A stretch of DNA of 18,974 nucleotides from IMG/VR virus record IMGVR_UViG_3300036876_000145, positions 83,489 through 102,462 of that record; one strand, 5' to 3'. The notes under the pieces were generated by a model. It was not told where the DNA came from, made no database searches, and worked only from the letters and a program-made list of their open reading frames with translations. The translations under genes were made by a program, and so were the position numbers. Shown here in pieces: positions 1-5,822 of the stretch; the stretch's first letter is position 1, and the number at the start of each line of letters is the position of its first letter. This stretch comes from a virus. Lineage: Duplodnaviria > Heunggongvirae > Uroviricota > Caudoviricetes.

Positions 1-213
1 CTAAATCAATGCTGCATTCGGGAATTCTCGTCGCCTCGGGATACGTGGAGTCGTTAAACGACTGCGGACAGTGTGTAAGTCTGGCGAAAGCTAGCAACGC
101 TGGTTGAAACAGTTAAGGGCGGCTTTGCCGCCTAGAATCCCTCGCCTTTAGGCGTGGGGAGTATCAAGCTATGAAAACTGGGCATTTGGAGTTTCTATTT
201 CGGTGAGACGACT

Positions 214-393
214 ATGCATCATTTTTTGATTAATTTGTTGTGGATAACTCTATTGGCCTTTCCATTTGGCGTTATTAGTTCAATTTGGTGTCATTTAATC
301 GGATTCGTACCTCCAAAAGGATGGCGTTTCTTTGTTTATGATATACCATCGTTTGTGTTCGGAATAATTCTCGGATTTTATTTTTTCAAATAA
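214..393 (+). CDS. putative small membrane protein (59 aa, two hydrophobic segments: MHHFLINLLWITLLAFPFGVISSIWCHLIGFVPPKGWRFFVYDIPSFVFGIILGFYFFK)
   Basis: ATG at 214 runs to TAA at 391-393. It is absent from the ORF track only because it is under 60 aa. The hydrophobic composition is typical of a small membrane protein (a holin-like protein is one possibility). The RBS is weak (GGTGAG upstream). Confidence 0.3.
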   Translation: MHHFLINLLWITLLAFPFGVISSIWCHLIGFVPPKGWRFFVYDIPSFVFGIILGFYFFK

Positions 394-897
394 TACTTGA
401 CTTTTGGTATTCTATATGAGACAATGTTTTTAGGTTAAGCCTGCGGAATAACGCTATTCGCCCTGGATGGAGAAACAACCCGATGGGCAAAGGGTGTGAA
501 TAACCCACTTGCATAGTGCCGCAGCCCCCACTTACGCCCCTGTATTCACCGGGGATGAAAGACGCAGGGGGTAACAATTTTAGGTTTACTGGTCGCATAA
601 GGATCGACAAAAACCGCAGGGCTAGACTCCTTGTGGCACAAATCGGTCGCTCGTCTAGGAGAAACCGGTTCCTAAGAATCGGCGATCAGTTTTTAAAGAA
701 GTGACGGCGCAGGAATAATGGCGCGGAATCGTGGTCGTAAGCAGCCGAAGGAGTGTCCTGGCAGCGAATGGATACTTCTGAGATGGGAACGCTATATAGG
801 ACTTACGAGCGGCGTTGTTTAGCAGTAGAAAAGCAACTGACGAGGTCCCCGGCTCACTTCTCCACTTTGTAATACTGCAACTGAAAGTGAGGAAGCA

Positions 898-2124
898 GTG
901 AGGAAACCGTTTTGCGTGCTGTGCATTTTCGCGCTCTGTCTTGAATCTGCTATGATGAGAAAAAAGAAGAGAACACCAGCCAAAGAATCTGCCCCGAAGT
1001 CTGTTCATATGGCTTTCAGAAGCAAGGAATTTGCAGGCATTCAGGCGGCTCTTGGCCGTCATCTGTGCCTGTCGTCCGCTAACGCACTCGTAGCGCAGGG
1101 CGATTCGCTGGAAATACTCCGCCAGCTGCCTAACCAATCCATCTCGCTCATTTTGACCGATCCGCCGTACCACTCAACGAAGAAGGACAACATTTACGGC
1201 GACACTTCGTTTGGGCATGACCAACACTATATTGAATGGATGACGCAGTACGCGAAGGAGTGGCGTCGCGTGCTGCGGCCCAACGGCTCGTTATATTGCT
1301 TCTGTGCTTCTGAGATGGCTGCACGCCTTGAAGTCATGCTCGCTAAGGATTTCAATATTCTCTCCAGCATCACGTGGACGAAGCCCAACGACCCTGGCTT
1401 CGACGGTTGGAAGGGCAAGATGAAGAAGGAATCCCTCCGGCAGTGGTATCCGCATTCGGAGCGAATCATCTTTGCAGAGATCGCGGTAGAGGGCAACCTG
1501 CACCGTTCTCCGTTTGGAGACTTTCTGCGAGCGACCAGGAAAAACGTGAACATGAGTGCTCACGAACTGGCTGGGTTGATCGGTGCGTATGGGAATGTCA
1601 ACCACGGTGGAGCGGTCTGCAATTGGGAAGCTGGGCGTAACATCCCGAGCCGGGAACAATATCGCAGAATCTGCGAGGCGATACTCACCACTGGCAAGAT
1701 GAAGTCGATGCCGCCATACGAAGACGCCGTTCGCCCGTTCTTCATGGACGGCTCAAAAGAATTCACTGACGTCTGGAATTTTCCATCTGTCCGTCCATAC
1801 AAAGGCAAGCACCCTGCTGAGAAACCTGCGTCCCTTCTGGAACACGTGATTGGGGCGTCATCATATCAAGGCGACATTGTGCTGGATTGTTTTGCAGGGT
1901 CAGGAAGTACGGCCTTGGCTGCTCTTAAACTAAACCGCCGCGCAGTCGCTATAGAGATTGATCCCCAGTGGGCTTCTGAGGTTGCAGCTCGGGTTCGGGC
2001 TTGTGGTGCGGAGAGTGCGGTCGCAGAATTGAAGGAGCACGACGCCAGAGTGATCCACGCTCCCAAGCTCAACCCGAAGGTGCCTCAATACGCGCTATCA
2101 TTTGACGGCAACGGTCGTGAGTAG
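898..2124 (+). CDS. orphan DNA methyltransferase, beta-class N6-adenine/N4-cytosine type (DPPY motif IV precedes FAGSGST motif I)
   Basis: The translation contains LILTDPPYH (motif IV) and later VLDCFAGSGSTALAA (motif I, AdoMet binding), the beta-class order. No restriction endonuclease partner is visible. The start is uncertain: the track gives GTG 898, with in-frame GTG 916 (GAGGAA SD about 10 nt upstream) and ATG 952 as alternatives. GC content is higher than in the neighbouring genes. Confidence 0.85.
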   Translation: MRKPFCVLCIFALCLESAMMRKKKRTPAKESAPKSVHMAFRSKEFAGIQAALGRHLCLSSANALVAQGDSLEILRQLPNQSISLILTDPPYHSTKKDNIYGDTSFGHDQHYIEWMTQYAKEWRRVLRPNGSLYCFCASEMAARLEVMLAKDFNILSSITWTKPNDPGFDGWKGKMKKESLRQWYPHSERIIFAEIAVEGNLHRSPFGDFLRATRKNVNMSAHELAGLIGAYGNVNHGGAVCNWEAGRNIPSREQYRRICEAILTTGKMKSMPPYEDAVRPFFMDGSKEFTDVWNFPSVRPYKGKHPAEKPASLLEHVIGASSYQGDIVLDCFAGSGSTALAALKLNRRAVAIEIDPQWASEVAARVRACGAESAVAELKEHDARVIHAPKLNPKVPQYALSFDGNGRE

Positions 2125-2415
2125 ATAACCAGCCTTTTGGTTGCGTTCCAATACGGACTGCATCCACTCGACTGTCTTCTGTATTCCTGAATCTTTCACT
2201 ACCACGTTGCAGTGATGGTGCCCCTCCTCCGAAGACGGCCAAGCAACACATAAAACTCGAACACCGCATCGATAGCTTTTTGCGCGTATTCAGGAACACT
2301 TTTGTCCTCATAGGACTTCAAGCATTCGATCTCAACCTCGCGGTTGATGTTAGGGTTGACATAATGCGCCAGACTCCAAGCTTTCTAGAAAGTTTTGTTA
2401 GCCATAAAATTTTTC

Positions 2416-2444
2416 TTGACAATAAGTCAAAGTTTTAGTAATAT
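2416..2444 (+). promoter_or_regulatory. sigma70-like promoter: TTGACA (2416-2421), 17-nt spacer, TAATAT (2439-2444). The -35 lies inside the inverted repeat TTGAC-aataa-GTCAA.
   Basis: Near-consensus -35 and -10 hexamers with ideal 17-bp spacing, about 20 nt upstream of the ATG at 2463. The palindrome TTGACAATAAGTCAA overlapping the -35 is operator-like. Confidence 0.55.
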
Positions 2445-2462
2445 CAGTATTAAGGTATAGAG

Positions 2463-2570
2463 ATGAATAAGATTCACACCAACTCGAACGCAGTCTGTAC
2501 GGAACACGGTACTGTCGCCGCTGCTGCGGCGGTAGGAGATACTGTGTCCTCGGATGGTTGGGACGGTTAA
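2463..2570 (+). CDS. 35-aa peptide (MNKIHTNSNAVCTEHGTVAAAAAVGDTVSSDGWDG); it could instead be an incidental ORF within a small RNA
   Basis: ATG at 2463 has AAGGT 7 nt upstream and TAA at 2568-2570. It sits exactly between a strong promoter and an intrinsic terminator, so the whole transcript is about 170 nt. Confidence 0.35.
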   Translation: MNKIHTNSNAVCTEHGTVAAAAAVGDTVSSDGWDG

Positions 2571-2595
2571 ATAACTCAACCTAAAAGATTCCGAG

Positions 2596-2629
2596 GACGC
2601 CATCAAAAAATGGCGTCTTTTTTGTTTTG
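2596..2629 (+). terminator. rho-independent terminator: GACGCCAT-caaaaa-ATGGCGTC stem-loop followed by TTTTTTGTTTTG
   Basis: Perfect 8-bp GC-rich stem, 6-nt loop and a 12-nt T-rich tract read directly from the sequence. Confidence 0.7.
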
Positions 2630-2639
2630 CGGTGAATGT

Positions 2640-2718
2640 ATTCCGATGGCGTGAGCGGCGAAACCACTTGCCCTACAAGCAAGTATCATCGGGGGTTCGA
2701 GTCCCTCTCGGAATACCA
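2640..2718 (+). tRNA. tRNA-Val(UAC)-like with aberrant D-arm and C33
   Basis: Perfect 7-bp acceptor (ATTCCGA/TCGGAAT), A73 and an encoded CCA. T-arm is GGGGG-TTCGAGT-CCCTC. Anticodon stem is CTTGC/GCAAG with loop CCTACAA, giving anticodon TAC. No convincing 4-bp D-stem could be found in 2649-2665. Confidence 0.45.
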
Positions 2719-2729
2719 AATTTTAATGT

Positions 2730-2804
2730 GTGGGTGTCGTCCAATGGGAGGACTTTCGGTTTGCACCCGGAGAATGCGAGTTCGAGTCTCGTCACTCTAC
2801 ACCA
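2730..2804 (+). tRNA. tRNA-Ala(UGC)
   Basis: Acceptor GTGGGTG has the G3:U70 Ala identity pair. D-stem is GTCC/GGAC. Anticodon stem is TTCGG/CCGGA with loop TTTGCAC. The T-loop is TTCGAGT and CCA is encoded. There are two mismatches at the base of the acceptor and one extra nt before the discriminator. Confidence 0.55.
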
Positions 2805-2896
2805 AATGTGCCGTCCGCGACGGTGATAGATACCAGAAAGCTCTTCGGAGCGCTGGAATGGGGATCAGCCCCTTAGTCATCGCGGCTAAATTTATA

Positions 2897-2970
2897 AGCG
2901 GATTAGCCAAGTGGTTAAAGGCATCTGCCTGCAAAGCAGACAAGCACGGGTTCGAATCCCGTATCCGCTT
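2897..2970 (+). tRNA. tRNA-Cys(GCA)
   Basis: Perfect 7-bp acceptor (AGCGGAT/ATCCGCT) with a U73 discriminator, as expected for Cys. Anticodon stem is TCTGC/GCAGA with loop CTGCAAA. T-arm is ACGGG-TTCGAAT-CCCGT. CCA is not encoded. Confidence 0.75.
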
Positions 2971-2979
2971 CCCAAATTT

Positions 2980-3056
2980 GGGGGTATAGTTCCAACTGGT
3001 AGAACAGCGGCTTGTCGCGCCGATGGTTGCGGGTTCGAATCCCGTTACCCCCGCCA
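2980..3056 (+). tRNA. tRNA-Asp(GUC) variant (anticodon loop TTGTCGC with G37)
   Basis: Acceptor is GGGGGTA/TACCCCC with G73 and encoded CCA. D-stem is GTTC/GAAC. The anticodon stem has 4 bp plus a G:A mismatch, and the anticodon is GTC. T-arm is GCGGG-TTCGAAT-CCCGT. Confidence 0.55.
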
Positions 3057-3060
3057 GTTT

Positions 3061-3138
3061 GGTGTGTTGGAGGAGTCTGGTCTTCCTCGCTTCCCTGTCA
3101 CGGAAGATATCACACGGGTTCAAATCCCGTACACACCG
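3061..3138 (+). tRNA. tRNA-Asp(GUC)
   Basis: Acceptor is GGTGTGT/ACACACC with G73. Anticodon stem is CTTCC/GGAAG with the canonical Asp loop CTGTCAC. T-arm is ACGGG-TTCAAAT-CCCGT. CCA is not encoded. Confidence 0.75.
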
Positions 3139-3147
3139 CTTTCGTGA

Positions 3148-3179
3148 CTTCCTGAGTATTAAGTAGAGTACTCAGGAAG
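3148..3179 (+). promoter_or_regulatory. 11-bp perfect inverted repeat (CTTCCTGAGTA ... TACTCAGGAAG) sequestering the SD of the GIY-YIG gene
   Basis: The 3' arm contains the AGGAAGG Shine-Dalgarno, and the ATG at 3184 lies 4 nt after the stem. The loop is TTAAGTAGAG. No T-tract follows, so this is not an intrinsic terminator. Confidence 0.5.
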
Positions 3180-3183
3180 GTTC

Positions 3184-3834
3184 ATGATGAAATACACAGT
3201 CTACAAAACTGTGAATCTGGTCAACGGCAAGTTCTACATCGGTGTCCACAAGACGGACAATCCGAATGATGACTACCTTGGTTCTGGGAAGTTCATCAAA
3301 CGAGCCGTTGCGAAGTACGGAGAGCAGAATTTTCGCAAGGAAATTTTGGCTGTCTTTGAAATCCAGAGAGAAGCTTTCGATCTCGAAAAGAAACTCGTGG
3401 TTGAAGCGAAAGTTGATCCACTGTGTTACAACCTGAAAGCTGGCGGTGAAGGTGGGTTTGACTGGATCAATCGTAAGGGATTGAATAACTCGAACGAGAA
3501 CGGCGTGAAAGGAAATCGGGTTACAATTGGAAAAATAAAAACTGACCCAAAGGTAAAGAAGCGATTTACTGACAGGATCAATCGAGTTAGACAGTATCGT
3601 ACTCAAGACTACAAAGCTCGAATTCCTTCGATGTTACAAAAGTGGACAGGACAGCATCATACCGCCGAGACAAAGGCTAGACTTAGCGAAACGCATAAAG
3701 GTAAGAGCAACGGACGCTTTGGAAAACAGTGGATGTATCATCTCGAATCGCAGAGATCAAAGCCTGTCTCACCGGACGAGATCAATAGCCACATTGAACA
3801 AGGTTGGTTGATTGGTCGCCGGATGAAATTTTAG
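3184..3834 (+). CDS. GIY-YIG homing endonuclease (Seg/I-TevI-like) with a C-terminal NUMOD3-like repeat
   Basis: The N-terminus YTVYKTVNLVNGKFYIGV carries the GIY..YIG motif with downstream R and E residues. The C-terminal TGQHHTAETKARLSETHKGKSNGRFGKQW resembles NUMOD3 DNA-binding repeats. The gene sits inside the tRNA array. Confidence 0.85.
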   Translation: MMKYTVYKTVNLVNGKFYIGVHKTDNPNDDYLGSGKFIKRAVAKYGEQNFRKEILAVFEIQREAFDLEKKLVVEAKVDPLCYNLKAGGEGGFDWINRKGLNNSNENGVKGNRVTIGKIKTDPKVKKRFTDRINRVRQYRTQDYKARIPSMLQKWTGQHHTAETKARLSETHKGKSNGRFGKQWMYHLESQRSKPVSPDEINSHIEQGWLIGRRMKF

Positions 3835-3841
3835 GAGAGAC

Positions 3842-4054
3842 GTGAAGATTCTCTACGATGAACAGCGGCATCTGATCACGGTGCCGTACTCGAAAGAGAA
3901 TCTACATGAAGCAGCGCGGCAGTTGGGTATTAAGCGTTGCTGGTTTCACAAAGACCACTACGACGTTCCTAAGAGAATGATGTCTCGGATGTCGGAGACG
4001 GTAGCAGAAAAAGTTTCGCCGCGTGAAGTTTTGAAGATCGTGCGCGGCAAGTAA
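3842..4054 (+). CDS. DUF4031-like small phage protein (70 aa, HYDVP motif)
   Basis: GTG start with a GGAGAGA SD. The sequence MKILYDEQRHLITVPYSKENLHEAARQLGIKRCWFHKDHYDVPKRMMSR matches my recollection of the DUF4031 pattern (..A..lGl.r.Wfq...HYDl). The family assignment is from memory, not from a search. Confidence 0.55.
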   Translation: MKILYDEQRHLITVPYSKENLHEAARQLGIKRCWFHKDHYDVPKRMMSRMSETVAEKVSPREVLKIVRGK

Positions 4055-4058
4055 GTTT

Positions 4059-4135
4059 GGATGGATAGCCAAGTAGGAAAGGCGCTCCCCTGCAAAGGGA
4101 GTCATGCGGGGGTTCAATTCCCTCTCCATCCTCCA
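4059..4135 (+). tRNA. tRNA-Cys(GCA), second divergent copy
   Basis: Perfect acceptor GGATGGA/TCCATCC with U73 and encoded CCA. Anticodon stem is CTCCC/GGGAG with loop CTGCAAA. T-arm is GGGGG-TTCAATT-CCCTC. Confidence 0.75.
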
Positions 4136-4530
4136 AATGTACCAGTTCGGGACAACCGCTGGCAGGAAGTTTCTGCGGGAGGGAAAGTTCGGGGCTTCAT
4201 AGAGTACCGTGCGGGGTAACTCCCCGGCGACGGCGCAAGCCGTTGACAATTAGAGCTACAGAGACGAGTCACAGAAGGTGTGCTTGGAAGCGCGTAAGAT
4301 TCACGTCGGTAGTGTTGATGTGAAATGCCCGACCAAGTCCCCTGATGTGGGTGAAACGAGCAATCTTCACGGGAAGCAAGTGCAAATAGGCTGACAGGAA
4401 CTACTCGTTCCGTTATGAATCAGCGGGTAGCATGCTTGAGCGTTGGAGTAATTCAACGCCTAGACGAATGGTTGTCGCCGCGCAAGCGGAACAGAACCCC
4501 GGCTAATAGGACTGGTACAAGTTTATGAGT
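4136..4530 (+). other. about 395-nt noncoding, GC-rich, hairpin-dense region (candidate structured RNA or long leader) between tRNA-Cys and the HNH gene
   Basis: There is no plausible ORF on either strand apart from a spurious minus-strand ORF overlapping the tRNA. Local stems are present, for example GGGGTAACTCCCC and GCGCAAGC. Confidence 0.25.
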
Positions 4531-4542
4531 TTTTGAACTATG

Positions 4543-4568
4543 AGCGACCTATATTAGAGAGGTCGCTC
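4543..4568 (+). promoter_or_regulatory. 8-bp inverted repeat (GAGCGACC ... GGTCGCTC) placing the HNH SD/start at the loop/3'-arm junction
   Basis: The loop is TATATTAGAG. The SD GAGAGG (4557-4562) straddles the loop and 3' arm. The GTG at 4569 immediately follows the stem. Confidence 0.45.
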
Positions 4569-5006
4569 GTGACAAGTCAAAAAGAAGTTCAAAGACAATT
4601 AGGAATGAGTCGAGGAACCGCCAACTACAGATTGGCGCGTCTTTTACTCTTCAAATACATGCAGCAAGCTGGGGCGGACAACTGTTTTCGCTGCGGTCTA
4701 AAGCTTGAAACGGTTGAAGATTTTAGTATTGAGCATAAAAAACCGTGGTTGTACGCATCCCCAGATTTATATTGGGATTTGGAAAATATTGCTTTTTCGC
4801 ATCGCGCATGTAATTCGGGCGCAGCTAGACAGATCAATAAGACCAAAATGAGTCTTAGATCAGTAGGACCGGAAGGAACAAGTTGGTGTACGGAACATAA
4901 ACAGTTTCTTTCAGTCGATGAATTTCAAAAAAATTCCGCTATTTGGAACGGCTTACAAAGGCAATGCAAAGAATGCCGACAAAAGCGAAATAAAAAGCGG
5001 GCTTAG
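4569..5006 (+). CDS. HNH homing endonuclease (HNH_3-like)
   Basis: CFRCG...EHKKPW...HRACN is an HNH motif. The preferred start is GTG 4569, which has GAGAGG 6 nt upstream; the track's longest ORF starts at TTG 4533. The last 10 nt overlap the 5' end of tRNA-Gly. Confidence 0.8.
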   Translation: MTSQKEVQRQLGMSRGTANYRLARLLLFKYMQQAGADNCFRCGLKLETVEDFSIEHKKPWLYASPDLYWDLENIAFSHRACNSGAARQINKTKMSLRSVGPEGTSWCTEHKQFLSVDEFQKNSAIWNGLQRQCKECRQKRNKKRA

Positions 5007-5073
5007 CTCACGCTGGTAGAGCGCTGGTCTTCCAAACCGGAGGTAACGGGATCGTCGCCCGTAGTCCGCTCCA
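4997..5073 (+). tRNA. tRNA-Gly(UCC) with an unusual T-loop (ATCGTCG)
   Basis: Acceptor is GCGGGCT/AGTCCGC (one G:U pair) with U73 and encoded CCA. D-stem is GCTC/GAGC. Anticodon stem is CTGGT/ACCGG with loop CTTCCAA. Confidence 0.65.
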
Positions 5074-5084
5074 AGTTTAGATAT

Positions 5085-5160
5085 GGCGCACTCTGCTAAC
5101 GGCTAGGCAACCACGTTCTCAGCGTGTGAAATGTGGGTTCAAATCCCGCGTGCGCTACCA
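5085..5160 (+). tRNA. tRNA-Glu(CUC)
   Basis: Acceptor is GGCGCAC/GTGCGCT with A73 and encoded CCA. D-stem is TGCT/GGCA. Anticodon stem is CCACG/CGTGT (4 bp) with loop TTCTCAG. T-arm is GTGGG-TTCAAAT-CCCGC. Confidence 0.6.
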
Positions 5161-5167
5161 GATTTTG

Positions 5168-5224
5168 GCTGACCATGTTCGGCAAGGTCAGCGGTTGGGG
5201 GACATGGCTCAGTACAACCGCTGA
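5168..5224 (+). other. pair of mutually exclusive hairpins (GCTGACC/GGTCAGC 7 bp; TCAGCGGTTG/CAACCGCTGA 10 bp) in a tRNA spacer
   Basis: The 3' arm of hairpin 1 (5186-5192) overlaps the 5' arm of hairpin 2 (5189-5198). The segment is not tRNA-like. Confidence 0.4.
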
Positions 5225-5231
5225 TAACCGT

Positions 5232-5307
5232 GGGGCTATGGCGCAGTTGGGAGCGCGTAATCATGGCATGATTAAGGCCGTCGGTTCGAACCCGACTAGC
5301 TCCACCA
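5232..5307 (+). tRNA. tRNA-Ala(GGC)
   Basis: Acceptor GGGGCTA/TAGCTCC has G3:U70, with A73 and encoded CCA. D-stem is GCGC/GCGC. Anticodon stem is TAATC/GATTA with loop ATGGCAT. T-arm is GTCGG-TTCGAAC-CCGAC. Confidence 0.75.
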
Positions 5308-5313
5308 GATTTT

Positions 5314-5388
5314 GCGGAAGTAGTTCAGCGGTAGAATATTTCCTTGCCAAGGAAGGGGTCGCGGGTTCAAATCCCGCCTTCCGCTCCA
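5314..5388 (+). tRNA. tRNA-Gly(GCC)
   Basis: Acceptor is GCGGAAG/CTTCCGC with U73 and encoded CCA. Anticodon stem is TTTCC/GGAAG with loop TTGCCAA. T-arm is GCGGG-TTCAAAT-CCCGC. Confidence 0.8.
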
Positions 5389-5399
5389 AGTTTAGAAGT

Positions 5400-5461
5400 T
5401 CATGGATGCCTAGATGTCGGTGGCTAACCGAAAGGTCGCGGGTTCAATGTCCGTTCCATGT
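5400..5461 (+). pseudogene. 62-nt tRNA-like element lacking a D-arm (pseudo-tRNA or armless tRNA)
   Basis: There is a 6-bp acceptor-like closing stem (CATGGA/TCCATG), an anticodon-like hairpin GTCGG-TGGCTAA-CCGAA, and a T-arm-like GCGGG-TTCAATG-TCCGT. Only 9 nt lie between the acceptor and the anticodon stem. There is no spacer before the next tRNA. Confidence 0.35.
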
Positions 5462-5537
5462 GGGGCTATAGCGCAGTTGGGAGCGCGTCTCGTTCGCAAC
5501 GAGAAGGTCGTGAGTTCGAATCTCACTAGCTCCACCA
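5462..5537 (+). tRNA. tRNA-Ala(CGC)
   Basis: Acceptor GGGGCTA/TAGCTCC has G3:U70, with A73 and encoded CCA. Anticodon stem is TCTCG/CGAGA with loop TTCGCAA. T-arm is GTGAG-TTCGAAT-CTCAC. Confidence 0.75.
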
Positions 5538-5544
5538 AGTTATT

Positions 5545-5617
5545 GCGGGTGTAGTTCAATGGTAGAATATTCGGTTCCCAACCGAAAGATTTGTCGGTTC
5601 GAGTCCGACCATCCGCT
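5545..5617 (+). tRNA. tRNA-Gly(CCC)
   Basis: Acceptor is GCGGGTG/CATCCGC with U73; CCA is not encoded. Anticodon stem is TTCGG/CCGAA with loop TTCCCAA. T-arm is GTCGG-TTCGAGT-CCGAC. Confidence 0.75.
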
Positions 5618-5624
5618 CCGTTTT

Positions 5625-5768
5625 ATGAGAGAGTGTCCAAAGTGCGGTAAGAAAGAACAATGGGAAATCGGTTGGATTTCTACTACCAATGAATGGCGCT
5701 GGCATTGTCTGTCTTGTGATATTCGTTTTAATGATGATGGCGTAATTTACACACCAGAAAAAGTTTAG
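5625..5768 (+). CDS. 47-aa zinc-ribbon protein (CPKCG ... CLSCD)
   Basis: ATG at 5625 is in frame with the track ORF 5559-5768, whose upstream part overlaps tRNA-Gly and is rejected. Two CxxC pairs are present: MRECPKCGKKEQWEIGWISTTNEWRWHCLSCDIRFNDDGVIYTPEKV. The SD is weak. Confidence 0.4.
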   Translation: MRECPKCGKKEQWEIGWISTTNEWRWHCLSCDIRFNDDGVIYTPEKV

Positions 5769-5791
5769 GGCCGTGGGACTGCATTGGGGTG

Positions 5792-5819
5792 GTTCGAATC
5801 TCACTAGCTCCACCAAGTT
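5792..5819 (+). repeat. 28-bp exact direct repeat of the 3' end of tRNA-Ala(CGC) (5514-5541), giving a 3' tRNA fragment with no 5' half
   Basis: GTTCGAATCTCACTAGCTCCACCAAGTT is identical at both sites. The upstream sequence at the second site cannot form a T-stem or an acceptor. Confidence 0.6.
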
Positions 5820-5822
5820 TAC

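Noticed and set aside
386-1173. ORFs 386-610 (-), 516-704 (+) and 655-1173 (-) upstream of, and overlapping, the methyltransferase start
   Set aside because: Their translations are low-complexity or Arg-rich. They overlap each other and the methyltransferase gene. No RBS was found.
1227-2311. Minus- and plus-strand ORFs nested in the methyltransferase gene (1227-1553, 1291-1659, 1374-1640, 1560-1808, 1866-2072, 2069-2311)
   Set aside because: They are shadow frames of a well-supported methyltransferase CDS.
2672-2678. Possibility that the first tRNA is an amber suppressor (CUA within loop CCTACAA)
   Set aside because: With a 7-nt loop, CUA would occupy positions 33-35, which is not the anticodon register. 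The standard reading gives UAC (Val).
2632-3147. Track ORFs overlapping the first tRNA cluster (2632-2826, 2636-2989, 2797-3123, 2911-3147)
   Set aside because: They translate through tRNA genes, with GFEP/GSNP-type peptides from T-arm sequences. They are not coding.
3902-4249. Minus-strand ORF 3902-4249 (115 aa)
   Set aside because: It overlaps the DUF4031-like gene and tRNA-Cys, and its translation looks like nonsense.
4136-5006. Group I intron carrying the HNH ORF
   Set aside because: Both flanking tRNAs are complete and no split host gene is evident. I could not recognise conserved P4/P7 core sequences by eye, so this is left as an unassigned structured region.
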